The notes under the pieces were generated by a model. The model was not told the origin of the DNA. It saw only the letters and a list, made by a program, of their open reading frames with translations, and searched no databases. The position numbers were made by a program, and so were the translations under genes. Positions 1 to 8,273 of a stretch of 32,000 nt of DNA are shown piece after piece; the first letter of the stretch is position 1; each line of letters opens with the position of its first letter. This DNA is from Halomicrobium mukohataei DSM 12286 (GTDB lineage: Archaea > Halobacteriota > Halobacteria > Halobacteriales > Haloarculaceae). The stretch is taken from positions 660,001 through 692,000 of the forward strand of contig NC_013202.1 of NCBI RefSeq assembly GCF_000023965.1, in the 5' to 3' direction.

Positions 1-1310
1 TCGAGGTAGTCGCGGGCGTTGTCCGGAAGCGCGTCGTAGCCCTCGCTGGCGACGGCGTCCCAGTCGACCTCGGGCCAGCCGTCGAACGTGCGGTAGTTCA
101 CCGAGCAGCGACCCCACTCCTCGGTCGTCGGCGGGACGGTGTCGATCTCGGTGCCGTCGAGATCGTAGCTGACGCCGACCTGAACCTCGTCGAGGCCGGC
201 CAGCACGTCGATGTGGCCGACGACGACGCCGGTGAACCCGCTGGCCCGCGTCGCGTGGCGAAGCACCGGGAGGTCGAGCCAGCCGACACGGCGCGGCCGG
301 CCGGTGACGGTGCCGTACTCACCGCCCTCGTCGCGGATGTAGGTCGCGAGTTCCTCCTCGCGCTCTCCGGCATCACTCAGCGGCTGCGCCGCTTCGTGGT
401 CCGAGGCGCGCTGCGCCTCGCTGCCCTCGTAGCCCGGCGTGTCGCCCTCGACGCCGGCAAGCTCGGTCGGCAGCGGGCCGCTCCCGACGCGCGTGGTGTA
501 GCCTTTGACGATCCCGACGATCTCGCCCTGTCCGATCTCGGTCGGGCCGAGGCCGGTGCCGGTACAGGCCCCGCCAGCGGTCGGGTTCGACGAGGTGACG
601 AAGGGATAGTTTCCGTGGTCGATGTCGATGAGCGTCCCCTGTGCGCCCTCCAGCAGCACCTCGTCGCCGTCGTCGATGCGAGACTGGAGGTAGTCGCCGC
701 AGTTGACGGTCATCTCTTCGTCGGCGAGTCGCTCGCCGTAGCCGCTGTAGGTCTCGAAGAGCGCCGTCAGATCGAGTTCCTCGCCGGCCTGCTTGTCGTA
801 GACCTCCTCGACGACGGCACGCTTCTGGGGGACGACGTACTCCAGTCGCGTCCGCAACACCTCGTCGTCGAGCAGGTCGCCGACCCTGATTCCTCGCCGA
901 CCGGCCTTGTCCTCGTAGGTCGGGCCGATGCCCCGGCCCGTCGTCCCGACCTCCTCGTCTTTGTCCTCCTCTTCGATCCCGTCCAGTCGCCGGTGGTACG
1001 GGAAGATGACGTGGGCGCGCTCTGCGACGCGCACGTCCGGATCGAGGCCGCGCTCGCGGAGAGCGTCGAGTTCGTCGAACAGCGTCTCGGGGTTGACGAC
1101 ACAGCCGTTGCCGATGACGCAGGTCTTCCCCCGAACGACGCCGGAGGGCAGCAAGGAGAGTTCGTAGGTCTCGTCGCCGACGACGACGGTGTGGCCGGCG
1201 TTGTCGCCGCCCTGATAGCGAACGACGACGTCGGCACCCTCGCCGTAGAGATCGACGGTGCCGCCCTTCCCCTCGTCGCCCAGCTGCGAACCGATGATCG
1301 TGACGGTCAT
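1..1310 (-). CDS. purA: adenylosuccinate synthetase (N-terminus complete; C-terminus runs off the left window edge)
   Basis: Hand translation of the reverse strand from the ATG at 1310 gives MTVTIIGSQLGDEGKGGTVDLYGEGADVVVRYQGGDNAGHTVVV...EVGTTGRGIGPTYEDK...LLEGAQGTLIDIDHGNYPFVTSSNP...GTVTGRPRRVGWLD. The GDEGKG P-loop, GGxNAGHT and TTGRGIGP motifs are diagnostic. The frame stays open to base 1, so it is missing from the closed-ORF track. Confidence 0.9.
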   Translation of the reverse strand, partial: MTVTIIGSQLGDEGKGGTVDLYGEGADVVVRYQGGDNAGHTVVVGDETYELSLLPSGVVRGKTCVIGNGCVVNPETLFDELDALRERGLDPDVRVAERAHVIFPYHRRLDGIEEEDKDEEVGTTGRGIGPTYEDKAGRRGIRVGDLLDDEVLRTRLEYVVPQKRAVVEEVYDKQAGEELDLTALFETYSGYGERLADEEMTVNCGDYLQSRIDDGDEVLLEGAQGTLIDIDHGNYPFVTSSNPTAGGACTGTGLGPTEIGQGEIVGIVKGYTTRVGSGPLPTELAGVEGDTPGYEGSEAQRASDHEAAQPLSDAGEREEELATYIRDEGGEYGTVTGRPRRVGWLDLPVLRHATRASGFTGVVVGHIDVLAGLDEVQVGVSYDLDGTEIDTVPPTTEEWGRCSVNYRTFDGWPEVDWDAVASEGYDALPDNARDYL

Positions 1311-1378
1311 ACCGCCCCGGTATTTTTACCCTCGCTACAAATCGGTGCCGGTTTGACCGGGCGGTCGGGGCCGACCCG

Positions 1379-1921
1379 TCAGTACTCCCGCTCGCCGGCT
1401 TCGATCGTGGTGTCGAGCCAGTTGGCTTCGGGTGGGAGCGGACAGGAGAACGTCTCGCTGTAGGCACAGAACGGCGAGTACGCGAGGTTGAAATCGAGCA
1501 CGACCTCGTCGCCGTCGGCGAGGGTCTCGTCGGGCTCCAGTTCCATGTAGCGCCCGCCGGAGTAGGTCTGCTGGCCGGTCGTCTTGTCGCGGAAGGGGAC
1601 GAAGATCGCGTCGTCGGCGTCCTGACGGTAGCCCGCGAGTTCGTACGCCGCACCGTCGATCTCGAAGTCGAACGTGACGACGCGCCGGTAGCGGACCGTC
1701 CGGCCGTCGCTGGTCTCCATCTCGACCGGCTCGGGCGCGTCGGCGACGGTGACCGTCGCAGTCACCCGGTAGGTCGGATCGGGATCGAAGTAGTCCAGCC
1801 CCTCGAAGTCGTCCCGTTCCTCGGGCGGGATCGGCGACTGACGGTGTTCGTCGAAGAAGGCGTCTTTCTCCTCGCGACTCGCTCGCAGTTCGTCGGCCCA
1901 TCCGTCGGGTACGTCGCTCAT
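1379..1921 (-). CDS. DUF1684 domain-containing protein
   Basis: 180-aa acidic ORF. The segment ..FRDKTTGQQTYSGGRYMELEP....VLDFNLAYSPFCAYSETFSCPLPP matches the conserved DUF1684 C-terminal signature as I remember it. GC3-rich codons. Confidence 0.75.
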   Translation of the reverse strand: MSDVPDGWADELRASREEKDAFFDEHRQSPIPPEERDDFEGLDYFDPDPTYRVTATVTVADAPEPVEMETSDGRTVRYRRVVTFDFEIDGAAYELAGYRQDADDAIFVPFRDKTTGQQTYSGGRYMELEPDETLADGDEVVLDFNLAYSPFCAYSETFSCPLPPEANWLDTTIEAGEREY

Positions 1922-2011
1922 GGGACGGGCTACGCCGCGGGGATGTTTATACTGCCGGCTGTCGGGCGCGAGCGAGACACGACAGGCTCGGCGACGAGAG
2001 TCACGAGAGAA

Positions 2012-2082
2012 TGCGCCGTCCGGGAATTGAACCCGGGCTATTAGCTTGGGAAGCTAATGTCCTACCACTGGACCAACGGCGC
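2012..2082 (-). tRNA. tRNA-Gly (anticodon CCC)
   Basis: Reverse strand folds as GCGCCGT-TG-GTCC-AGTGGTA-GGAC-A-TTAGC-TTCCCAA-GCTAA-TAGC-CCGGG-TTCAATT-CCCGG-ACGGCGC-A. This gives a 7-bp acceptor, 4-bp D stem, 5-bp anticodon stem, a 7-nt loop with CCC at positions 34-36, a 5-bp T stem and discriminator A. No CCA is encoded. Confidence 0.85.
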
Positions 2083-2250
2083 TCGCTTCGCTCGCCCCGA
2101 GGATCGCAGTTCCTGCAGAACTGCTCACCAACGGCGCTCGCTTCGCTCGCCCCGAGGATCGCAGTTCCTGCAGAACTGCTCACCAACGGCGCTCGCTTCG
2201 CTCGCCCCGTGGCTCGCGAACAGGCACGTTCGCTCACCAACGGCGCGCTC
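2072..2250. repeat. tandem direct repeat, period 55/55/54 bp (two identical copies, a third half-diverged, a fourth only as the 10-nt core)
   Basis: ccaacggcgctcgcttcgctcgccccg starts at 2073, 2128 and 2183, and the core ccaacggcgc recurs at 2237. Copies 1 and 2 are identical over 55 bp. Each contains a hairpin gcagttc-ctgca-gaactgc (2106-2124, 2161-2179). The first copy overlaps the 5' end of tRNA-Gly. Confidence 0.9.
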
Positions 2251-2335
2251 GTTCCAACGTAGTACGTCGGGTCCACTTGAACGTAGCGCTTCGCCGGGCG
2301 ACATCGCTTTGTCCGTCGCGTCCCCAGCAGCGGTC

Positions 2336-2779
2336 GTGTCCGATCGGCTGCCACCCTCGCTCCTGCTGTACTTCGACGCGAGCGTCCGCTACGGCGAGGA
2401 CAACGCGACGCCGACATCCGCGGCGGTGGGGTTCGTCGTCGAAGACGGGACGGAGACGATCATAGAGGGATCGCTCCCCGTCCGAACGTTCGTCTCCAGC
2501 GCACACTTGGAGTACCGCGCGCTGTTAGAGAGCGTACAGGCGGTCGCGGGCCTGAACGGTCGGATCGCCTCGTTACACGTCCACGGCGACGCCGACGCGG
2601 TGATCGACGCGGTGGATCCGACCACCGACGCGACGCCGGGCGACCGGATCATGCGCCAGCGCGTCGCGGCCATCCGGGCGGCCGTCGAGGAGATCCCGAC
2701 GGTCACCTACCGCGCCGTCGGGCGGGGGCGAAACGAGCGCGCCCACGCGCTCGCGCAGTCGGGCCACGCGACGGAGTAG
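2336..2779 (+). CDS. RNase H-like (RNase HI / RVT_3-type) domain protein; start uncertain
   Basis: The track ORF 2057..2779 overlaps the tRNA and the tandem repeat, so I trimmed it to the in-frame GTG at 2336. Sequence LLLYFDAS..(D), HLEYRALLESV (E), HVHGDADAVIDAV (D) and GRNERAHALAQ (compare the N-E-R-C-D-E-L-A tail of E. coli RNase HI) follow the RNase H order of catalytic motifs. Confidence 0.6.
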   Translation: MSDRLPPSLLLYFDASVRYGEDNATPTSAAVGFVVEDGTETIIEGSLPVRTFVSSAHLEYRALLESVQAVAGLNGRIASLHVHGDADAVIDAVDPTTDATPGDRIMRQRVAAIRAAVEEIPTVTYRAVGRGRNERAHALAQSGHATE

Positions 2780-2794
2780 GCCGCACCGCTGGGA

Positions 2795-3463
2795 TTAGCA
2801 GCGGCGTCCCAGCAGGGCGGCGATCGCGAGTGCGAGCGCCGCAGCCAGACCGCCGAAGCCGGGACCGGTGCCCGTCGTCGTCACTGCACCGCCGCCCGAG
2901 GCGTCGGTCTCGGGTGGCTCGCCGCCGGACGCGGCGTCGGTCGTCGGCCGCCGGTCCGTCTCCGTCGGGGTCGCCGTCGGCGCGTCGACCGCGATGGTGC
3001 CCGCCGCCGTCCCCAGGTCGACGCGACCGCCGTCGTCGTCGTCGATCTGGGCAGCCTCGACGGCGAGGAGCGCGGTGCCCGTTCCGTTGGCCTCGACGGT
3101 GACCGTCGCGAGGGTCACGTTCGTGGTACCCGGGCCGACTGCGGACTCTAAGTCTGCGGCCTCGATCGTGATTTCCCGGCCGTCGGGACCGACGTCGGGG
3201 TCGGTCGTCGGTCGGAACCGGTCGGGGTACTCGGCACCGCCGACGGTCGCGACGCCAGAGCGGAGCGCGAGCCGGACCTCGAATCCGGCGAGTCCGTTCG
3301 GAGCCGAGTCGAGTGCCACGCGAACCGTCGTCGAGCCGTCCGGTTCCAGCGTCGCGTCGGCGATCGTGAGCGTCGGCTCGCTCTGGACGCCCCCAGCGGG
3401 CGCGACCGCCAGACAGGCCGCCAGGACGACGACGCAAGCGAGGACGAGCGGTCGAGTGGTCAT
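2795..3463 (-). CDS. secreted cohesin-like domain protein with PGF-CTERM archaeosortase anchor
   Basis: N-terminal signal peptide MTTRPLVLACVVVLAACLAVAPAGG. It is followed by a beta-rich module of about 130 aa that is paralogous to the module in the upstream gene (APNGLAGFEVRLAL / TNVTLATVTVEANGTGTALLAVEAAQIDDDDG). Then a Thr/Pro/Asp linker, then the C-terminal GTGPGFGGLAAALALAIAALLGRRC (PGF motif, TM helix, basic tail). Start is 10 nt after the stop of the upstream gene. Confidence 0.8.
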   Translation of the reverse strand: MTTRPLVLACVVVLAACLAVAPAGGVQSEPTLTIADATLEPDGSTTVRVALDSAPNGLAGFEVRLALRSGVATVGGAEYPDRFRPTTDPDVGPDGREITIEAADLESAVGPGTTNVTLATVTVEANGTGTALLAVEAAQIDDDDGGRVDLGTAAGTIAVDAPTATPTETDRRPTTDAASGGEPPETDASGGGAVTTTGTGPGFGGLAAALALAIAALLGRRC

Positions 3464-3473
3464 CGGTCGACGA

Positions 3474-6164
3474 TCAGATCTCCTCGTAGAGCTCGACGAC
3501 GTCGTCGAAGTCGATCTGGCCGTTGTCGTTGAAGTCGTAGGCCTCCGGATTCAGGCGGACAGCGTCGGAGTCGATCGTCTCGAACAGCAAGACCACGTCG
3601 TCGTAGTCGACCCGGCCGTTGCCGTTGACGTCCTCGTAGCGCCCGTCGCTGTCGGGGTCTTCCGGGACAGCGCCGCCGCCGGCCGCGGGAGGTCCGGTGA
3701 TGACGAGACCGCGGCGAGTTTCGACGCCGATCTCGACGCCCGCCTCGTCGTCGATCGTTTCGACGGACACCGCGAGGTCCGTCGTGCCGGGAGCACTGCC
3801 GGTGACTTCGACGCCGGCCAGCGTCACGTCGAGTGAGCCGGGCTGGATCGAGCGCTCGATGTCGCCGACTCGAATCGTCGCGCTCGAACCGTCGTCGGCG
3901 ACGCTGACCTTCTGCAGGCCGATCGCGTCGGGGAAGGTCACGTCGGAGATCGCCGCGACCTCGGGATCGGTGAGCGAGACGGTGAACTCCCCACCGGCGA
4001 ATCCACCCGGCGCGGCGTTCATCGTGAGATCGACGGTGCCGGTCGACTCCGGGGAGACGGCGACGGCCGAGGCGTCGAGGATCGCGTCGGGCTGGTAGAC
4101 GTACAGCCCGTCGTTGGGGTACGAACGGGCGGGGCCGCCGAAGCCGTCCTCACAGCAGAGCACGCGCCCGTCGTCCATCACGTAGACGTTGTCGATGTTG
4201 CGCAAGGCGTCGTCGGCGTCGGCGGCCGGATCGGTGAAGTCGGGGCCAACGATCACCGGCTCAAGCGTCGAGACGTTGTAGTCTCGTTCGAGCTGGCCAC
4301 GGTAGACGACGCCGCCGTCGACGCGGTCCATCTGGACGTCGCCCTCGTCGTCCGCGAGAGCGTCGTTGAACTCCGCGATGCCGAAGTAGACGAAGTCACC
4401 GGGGCTAACACCTTCCCGGCTACTGACGCCTTCGGCCTTGTTGAACTCGATGGAAGCACCGATCTCCTTCGCCGCGGCGCGCGTTTCGAGGAAGGGCACC
4501 CGCCGGAGTTCTTCGTCGACGTTCTCCGGGCCGTTCTGTTCGTACTGGTCGGCCCACTCGACGATCTCGTCGTTCGTGATGTAGTTCTGGTTGCCGTCCT
4601 CGACGACGGCTTTGTCGGCCTCTTCGAGCGCGGTCGCCAGGTCGTCGGTCCAGTCGGTCTCGGCGTGGGCTTCGAGGTACTCTTCCTGGGTCACGTCGTC
4701 GTACTCGGCGATCCAGGACTCGATTTCGGCGTTGCTGGCGTGACCGAGCTCCAGCCACTCGATCTCCAGAGAGACGGCCGCCGGAGAGTCGCGCTCGCCG
4801 CCGTCGGCGACCGATGCCGCGTCGTTGGTGATCTTCGGCGCGTACAGGGTCCCCTCGACGTCCATCGGGTTCTCGTAGCTCGGGATCGGCTCGTCGGCGA
4901 CGAACTTGTAGATGCCCTTGCTGTCGCCGTCCGAGCAGCCGTAAACGGTTCGCTCGTCGGGTAACACGTCCGGTGCCTCCCAAGCGGTCCGTCCCATCAC
5001 GTAGTACTTGATCGGCTCTGGGGTCTCCGCGGCCGGCTCCCGGAAGTCGACGTGGTAGCCGTAGCGGTAGGGGTTGGGGTACACGTCGCCGATCGGATTC
5101 GTCGTGTTGTTCTCGTTGTCGCCGGTCTGGTCGACCTGTTCCGCACCGAGGTAGTACGCGAGGAACTCGACGCCGTCCAGCGCCCAGTACCCCTGGACGA
5201 ACCACGAGTCGTCGCCGTAGTAATCGTCGATCGCGCTCTGGATGCCCACCGGGTTCGGCCGGTTCCAGAATGCCGCGCCGCCGACGAGACCCTTGCCGGT
5301 GCCGGCCGCCTCGATGTCGCCAACCGTGCCGGTCAGGGACACTCGCGTATGGGCGTAGTTCTCCTCGGAGGAGAGCATCGTGTTCCACGGGCTGCGGTCG
5401 CCGTAGCAGTTGATCCGCGTCCCGCCGAGTTCGCGGAGCGGTTCCGTGTTCGCCAGGTTCGTGGCGTTCTCCAGGTCCGCCTCCCACTCGCCTTCCTCGG
5501 TCCGGCTGACGGGCAGGCGAGTGACGTTCCCCGGACTGTTCTCCCAGTTCGTGTAGAGATACCCCTCCGTCCCGTCGTCGTTCGTCGGGATGAACTGGTT
5601 GCAGTCGGGGTTGGTCGCGGCCGCGCCGTACTGGGTCCCCGCGAAGTTGTCCTGCGTGATCTCGGTGCCGTCGGGGGTCTGGACGACGCCGAACCGCTCG
5701 TCGCCGCCCTGAATCTCTTCCCGAGCGTGCGCGAGGAAGACGTACTCGCCCTCGGAAGAACGGATCCGTCCCTGTTCGTCGACCGTCGAGGGAACCGACA
5801 GCTCGGAGAAGTCGTCGTTGTCGCCGTCCAGTTCGAACGTGAAGCCACTGAAGTAACCCACCCCGGCCCGGTCGAAGGGCGCTTCGTTGGCCTTCACGTC
5901 CGAGTTTTCGAAGTCGCCGCCACGGTCACCCGTCGCGGGGTGTTGGTTGCTGTAGAGGAGACTGCCGTCCTGAAAGACGAACGGTCCAGTCACTTCCGCG
6001 CCGAAGGAGGTCGTCGAGAACCGCTTCAACGACCCGTTCACGCCGGGCGCACCCGGCGTGTCCGATTCACCCACTTCGTCACCACTCGCGACACCCGCGA
6101 CGCTCGCACCGAGCGCCGCTGCCACCGAACTCGCCATTAGATTCCGTCGATTGAGATCTACCAT
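3474..6164 (-). CDS. Tat-secreted PhoX-family (DUF839) phosphatase-like protein with C-terminal cohesin-like and dockerin modules
   Basis: Twin-arginine leader MVDLNRRNLMASSVAAALGASVAGVASG. Core segments GTRINCYGDRSPWNTMLSSEENY, GRTAWEAPDV..IYKFVAD and NIDNVYVMDDGRVLCCEDG resemble the PhoX/DUF839 blocks (NCAGGxTPWGTxLxxEEN etc.). A cohesin-like module lies at about nt 3666-4076. The C-terminal 63 aa (nt 3477-3665) carry two dockerin Ca-binding repeats, DVNGNGRVDYDDVV and DFNDNGQIDFDDVV. Confidence 0.8.
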   Translation of the reverse strand: MVDLNRRNLMASSVAAALGASVAGVASGDEVGESDTPGAPGVNGSLKRFSTTSFGAEVTGPFVFQDGSLLYSNQHPATGDRGGDFENSDVKANEAPFDRAGVGYFSGFTFELDGDNDDFSELSVPSTVDEQGRIRSSEGEYVFLAHAREEIQGGDERFGVVQTPDGTEITQDNFAGTQYGAAATNPDCNQFIPTNDDGTEGYLYTNWENSPGNVTRLPVSRTEEGEWEADLENATNLANTEPLRELGGTRINCYGDRSPWNTMLSSEENYAHTRVSLTGTVGDIEAAGTGKGLVGGAAFWNRPNPVGIQSAIDDYYGDDSWFVQGYWALDGVEFLAYYLGAEQVDQTGDNENNTTNPIGDVYPNPYRYGYHVDFREPAAETPEPIKYYVMGRTAWEAPDVLPDERTVYGCSDGDSKGIYKFVADEPIPSYENPMDVEGTLYAPKITNDAASVADGGERDSPAAVSLEIEWLELGHASNAEIESWIAEYDDVTQEEYLEAHAETDWTDDLATALEEADKAVVEDGNQNYITNDEIVEWADQYEQNGPENVDEELRRVPFLETRAAAKEIGASIEFNKAEGVSSREGVSPGDFVYFGIAEFNDALADDEGDVQMDRVDGGVVYRGQLERDYNVSTLEPVIVGPDFTDPAADADDALRNIDNVYVMDDGRVLCCEDGFGGPARSYPNDGLYVYQPDAILDASAVAVSPESTGTVDLTMNAAPGGFAGGEFTVSLTDPEVAAISDVTFPDAIGLQKVSVADDGSSATIRVGDIERSIQPGSLDVTLAGVEVTGSAPGTTDLAVSVETIDDEAGVEIGVETRRGLVITGPPAAGGGAVPEDPDSDGRYEDVNGNGRVDYDDVVLLFETIDSDAVRLNPEAYDFNDNGQIDFDDVVELYEEI

Positions 6165-6402
6165 CTGCGGGTGGATCCGGGGAACCGCTGGTAAAGCTCG
6201 TTTATATGAGGGGTCCGTGCGTCGACGTACCGCTGTGACCGAAATTACTAGATGGCCCTAATCAAAACTATCTCGATTGCTATTGAGAAATACGTTCACA
6301 CAGCGTCGGGAGAACCCCGGACTTTCGACAGAGTCCGAGGGCGGACCGCCTCGTCGCGGCTGTGAGACGGGCGGTGTTCGGGTGCCGGACCGGTTCAGAG
6401 AG

Positions 6403-6816
6403 TCACCGACGGTCGGCGATGCCCTCGCGGATCTCACTGGCGCGCTTGCGGACCCGCGAGACGTAGCGTTCGGCCCGTTCGGGCTTGTGGCCGTAGAAGG
6501 AAGCGACCCACTGGGCGTCGACGCCCGGAATCGTCACGAAGTACGCCGCCAGCGTGTCCCGGCCGGCCTGGACGATCTCCGGCGGGATACCCCGACCGCC
6601 GGTCCCGGCCTCCGCGAAGCCGTTGACGTCGAAGTACACGTCGGCGTACAGCAGCGCGCTCTCCTCGTCGTCGAAGGTCTTCCCACAGTGGTCCGGCGCT
6701 TCGAACAGATACCGTGGCTCGCCGCAATCCTCCGAAGAGAGTTCGACGACCGAAACGTCCAGCGGATACGAGGCACAGACTCGTTCGCTCTCCTGTCGTT
6801 CCCGTGACTGGGACAT
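6403..6816 (-). CDS. hypothetical acidic protein (137 aa)
   Basis: The track ORF 6403..7416 was trimmed to the internal ATG (MSQSRERQESERV...), because its upstream part overlaps the cupin gene and is Arg/Pro-rich. The trimmed product is acidic with halophile-like composition. No family recognised. Confidence 0.55.
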   Translation of the reverse strand: MSQSRERQESERVCASYPLDVSVVELSSEDCGEPRYLFEAPDHCGKTFDDEESALLYADVYFDVNGFAEAGTGGRGIPPEIVQAGRDTLAAYFVTIPGVDAQWVASFYGHKPERAERYVSRVRKRASEIREGIADRR

Positions 6817-6978
6817 GCCTGATCGCTCGGACGGGGACCACATCAACGTGTGTAAGAGTAGTACGGAGCGGTCCCACGGCCTCCTGTGTAAACAGTTCTC
6901 ACAGATATCGACGGGTCGGAGACCGGCGACAGCACCGCGGGTCAAATCCTTTGAGGGTGGCAGCCGACGTATCGAGTG

Positions 6979-7299
6979 ATGTCCCACACGCTGGTCAACT
7001 ACGAGGACGTGGAACCGCGCGCCGAGAGCATGCACTTCCTGCGGGACGCGCTGGAGACCGATCAGCTCGGTCTGACGGTACTGGACTGCGAGCCCGGCTG
7101 GAGCGGCATGGAACACGACCACGCCGACGAGGACCACGAGGAGGTGTACTTCCTCGCTGAGGGCACGGCGACGGTCACCGTCGACGGCGAGGCCGTCGAG
7201 ATGGAGTCCGGCGACGCGCTCCGAGTGTCGCCCGACGCCACACGCAGTATCGAGAACGGCGACACCGAGAGCACGTTCGTGCTCGTGGGTGCGCCGTAG
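6979..7299 (+). CDS. cupin domain-containing protein
   Basis: MSHTLVNYEDVEP...GMEHDHADEDHEEVYFLAEGTATVTVDGE..ESGDALRVSP has the cupin motif 1/2 layout (H-x-H...E then G-D...). The ATG at 6979 lies just inside the track start 6976 (GTG). Confidence 0.8.
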   Translation: MSHTLVNYEDVEPRAESMHFLRDALETDQLGLTVLDCEPGWSGMEHDHADEDHEEVYFLAEGTATVTVDGEAVEMESGDALRVSPDATRSIENGDTESTFVLVGAP

Positions 7300-7730
7300 C
7301 GCGGTCGCTGGCGGGTTGTAGCGAAAGAAGCGCGGTCGAACTGCGGTGCGGGCGAAAGCGGATGAAGTATGTGGAGTGAATGAGCAACGACTGCAACCGC
7401 CACCCTCGCGGGTCACCAGGTTTCCTGTTCGTTGGTCCAGAGGTCACTCTCCGGTTGCTCTCCCATATCGTGGCGCACGGACTACCGTGGAGCTCCTTCC
7501 TAAGCGAAAATGGAGAATAGTTTGGGATCTGGATAATAAAGCGAACCGCGATCCAATCATAAACTCTGAGCCTCGTCTTTGCCAACTGCAAAAATAATAT
7601 ACTCATAGAATCCCAGATAATAAAATTAAATCTGCTACAAAACCATAAACAACTAAGTGTCTATGAAAATGTAGGTTAGAATGGTTTAGTATAAATACAA
7701 TAGTGGCAGTTGTCCGAATGGTGTTGGAGA

Positions 7731-7740
7731 TTATAAAATA
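7731..7740 (+). promoter_or_regulatory. TATA box for the 7764 membrane-protein gene (leaderless spacing)
   Basis: ttataaaata is centred about 28 nt upstream of the ATG at 7764. Confidence 0.5.
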
Positions 7741-7763
7741 GATCCAACAGGTAATAACAACAA

Positions 7764-8273
7764 ATGAAGATAAACAGAAATTGGAAGACTATCGCGATAG
7801 ATCCGAGAAGATCGCTCGTCCCAGCAACCATCGTCCTCATTACCGGCGGTTTTCTATCGTTCGCCACGCACACGAATACCATCTCTATTCCTAGCTCATT
7901 ACGAATACTAAATATAACCTCTATTGTTGCGTTCCCGGTCATCGTTGGAACTCTCTCCTACACGTATTTCCGAACTGAGGTGTCGCTGTGGGAGATCCCA
8001 GTAGTATTCTTGTGGGGGTACATTAGTAACAACATTGTTTTGTTTATTTTGTTCTTCGCGACACTCGATTCAGCGGTATCATCAACCGCATCGCCTGGCA
8101 GTGTCGGTGTCTCCCGAGGGCTTTGGTATCTCAAATTTTTCGCACTTAGTTCCGCTACGTACTCGCTGTTATATGGATTCGCGGCAGCGCGTCACCGCAT
8201 CCTCCGCATTCTATTCTTTATTTTCACACCTATTTTGTACTGTATTATTATGATCGCTCTCTTAGTTATATAA
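7764..8273 (+). CDS. hypothetical polytopic membrane protein (169 aa, about 5 TM)
   Basis: Hydrophobic stretches SLVPATIVLITGGFLSFA, ILNITSIVAFPVIVGTLSY, IPVVFLWGYISNNIVLFILFFATL, LWYLKFFALSSATYSLLYGFAAA and ILFFIFTPILYCIIMIALLVI. A canonical TATA sits at the correct distance. AT-rich codons unlike the neighbours. Confidence 0.5.
   Translation: MKINRNWKTIAIDPRRSLVPATIVLITGGFLSFATHTNTISIPSSLRILNITSIVAFPVIVGTLSYTYFRTEVSLWEIPVVFLWGYISNNIVLFILFFATLDSAVSSTASPGSVGVSRGLWYLKFFALSSATYSLLYGFAAARHRILRILFFIFTPILYCIIMIALLVI

Noticed and set aside
373-1653. Long Arg/Pro/Gly-rich ORFs in the track. Examples: 373..1653(-), 213..1463(+), 2703..3437(-), 4420..5487(-), 9427..10284(-), 14050..15018(-), 15337..16623(-), 17225..18256(+), 18909..20357(-), 20227..20988(-), 23630..24880(+), 29084..30238(+), 29124..30281(-).
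   Set aside because: They lie antisense to, or out of frame with, strongly supported genes (purA, thermosome, DUF460, MATE, glnA, kinase, trm11). Their compositions are basic and low-complexity, unlike halophile proteins. Open frames of this kind are expected by chance in DNA of about 70% GC.
2072-2250. Possible CRISPR array next to the tRNA.
   Set aside because: The segments between the conserved cores are identical to each other rather than unique spacers. There are only about 3.5 units, the period is 55 bp, and no cas genes or leader are present. It is a plain tandem repeat.
7676-7942. 88-aa minus-strand ORF overlapping the start of the 169-aa membrane gene.
   Set aside because: The plus-strand ORF is longer, has five regular TM helices and a TATA box at the right distance. 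The minus ORF has no comparable promoter and an odd Cys/His/Tyr-rich tail. Its status is not fully excluded.
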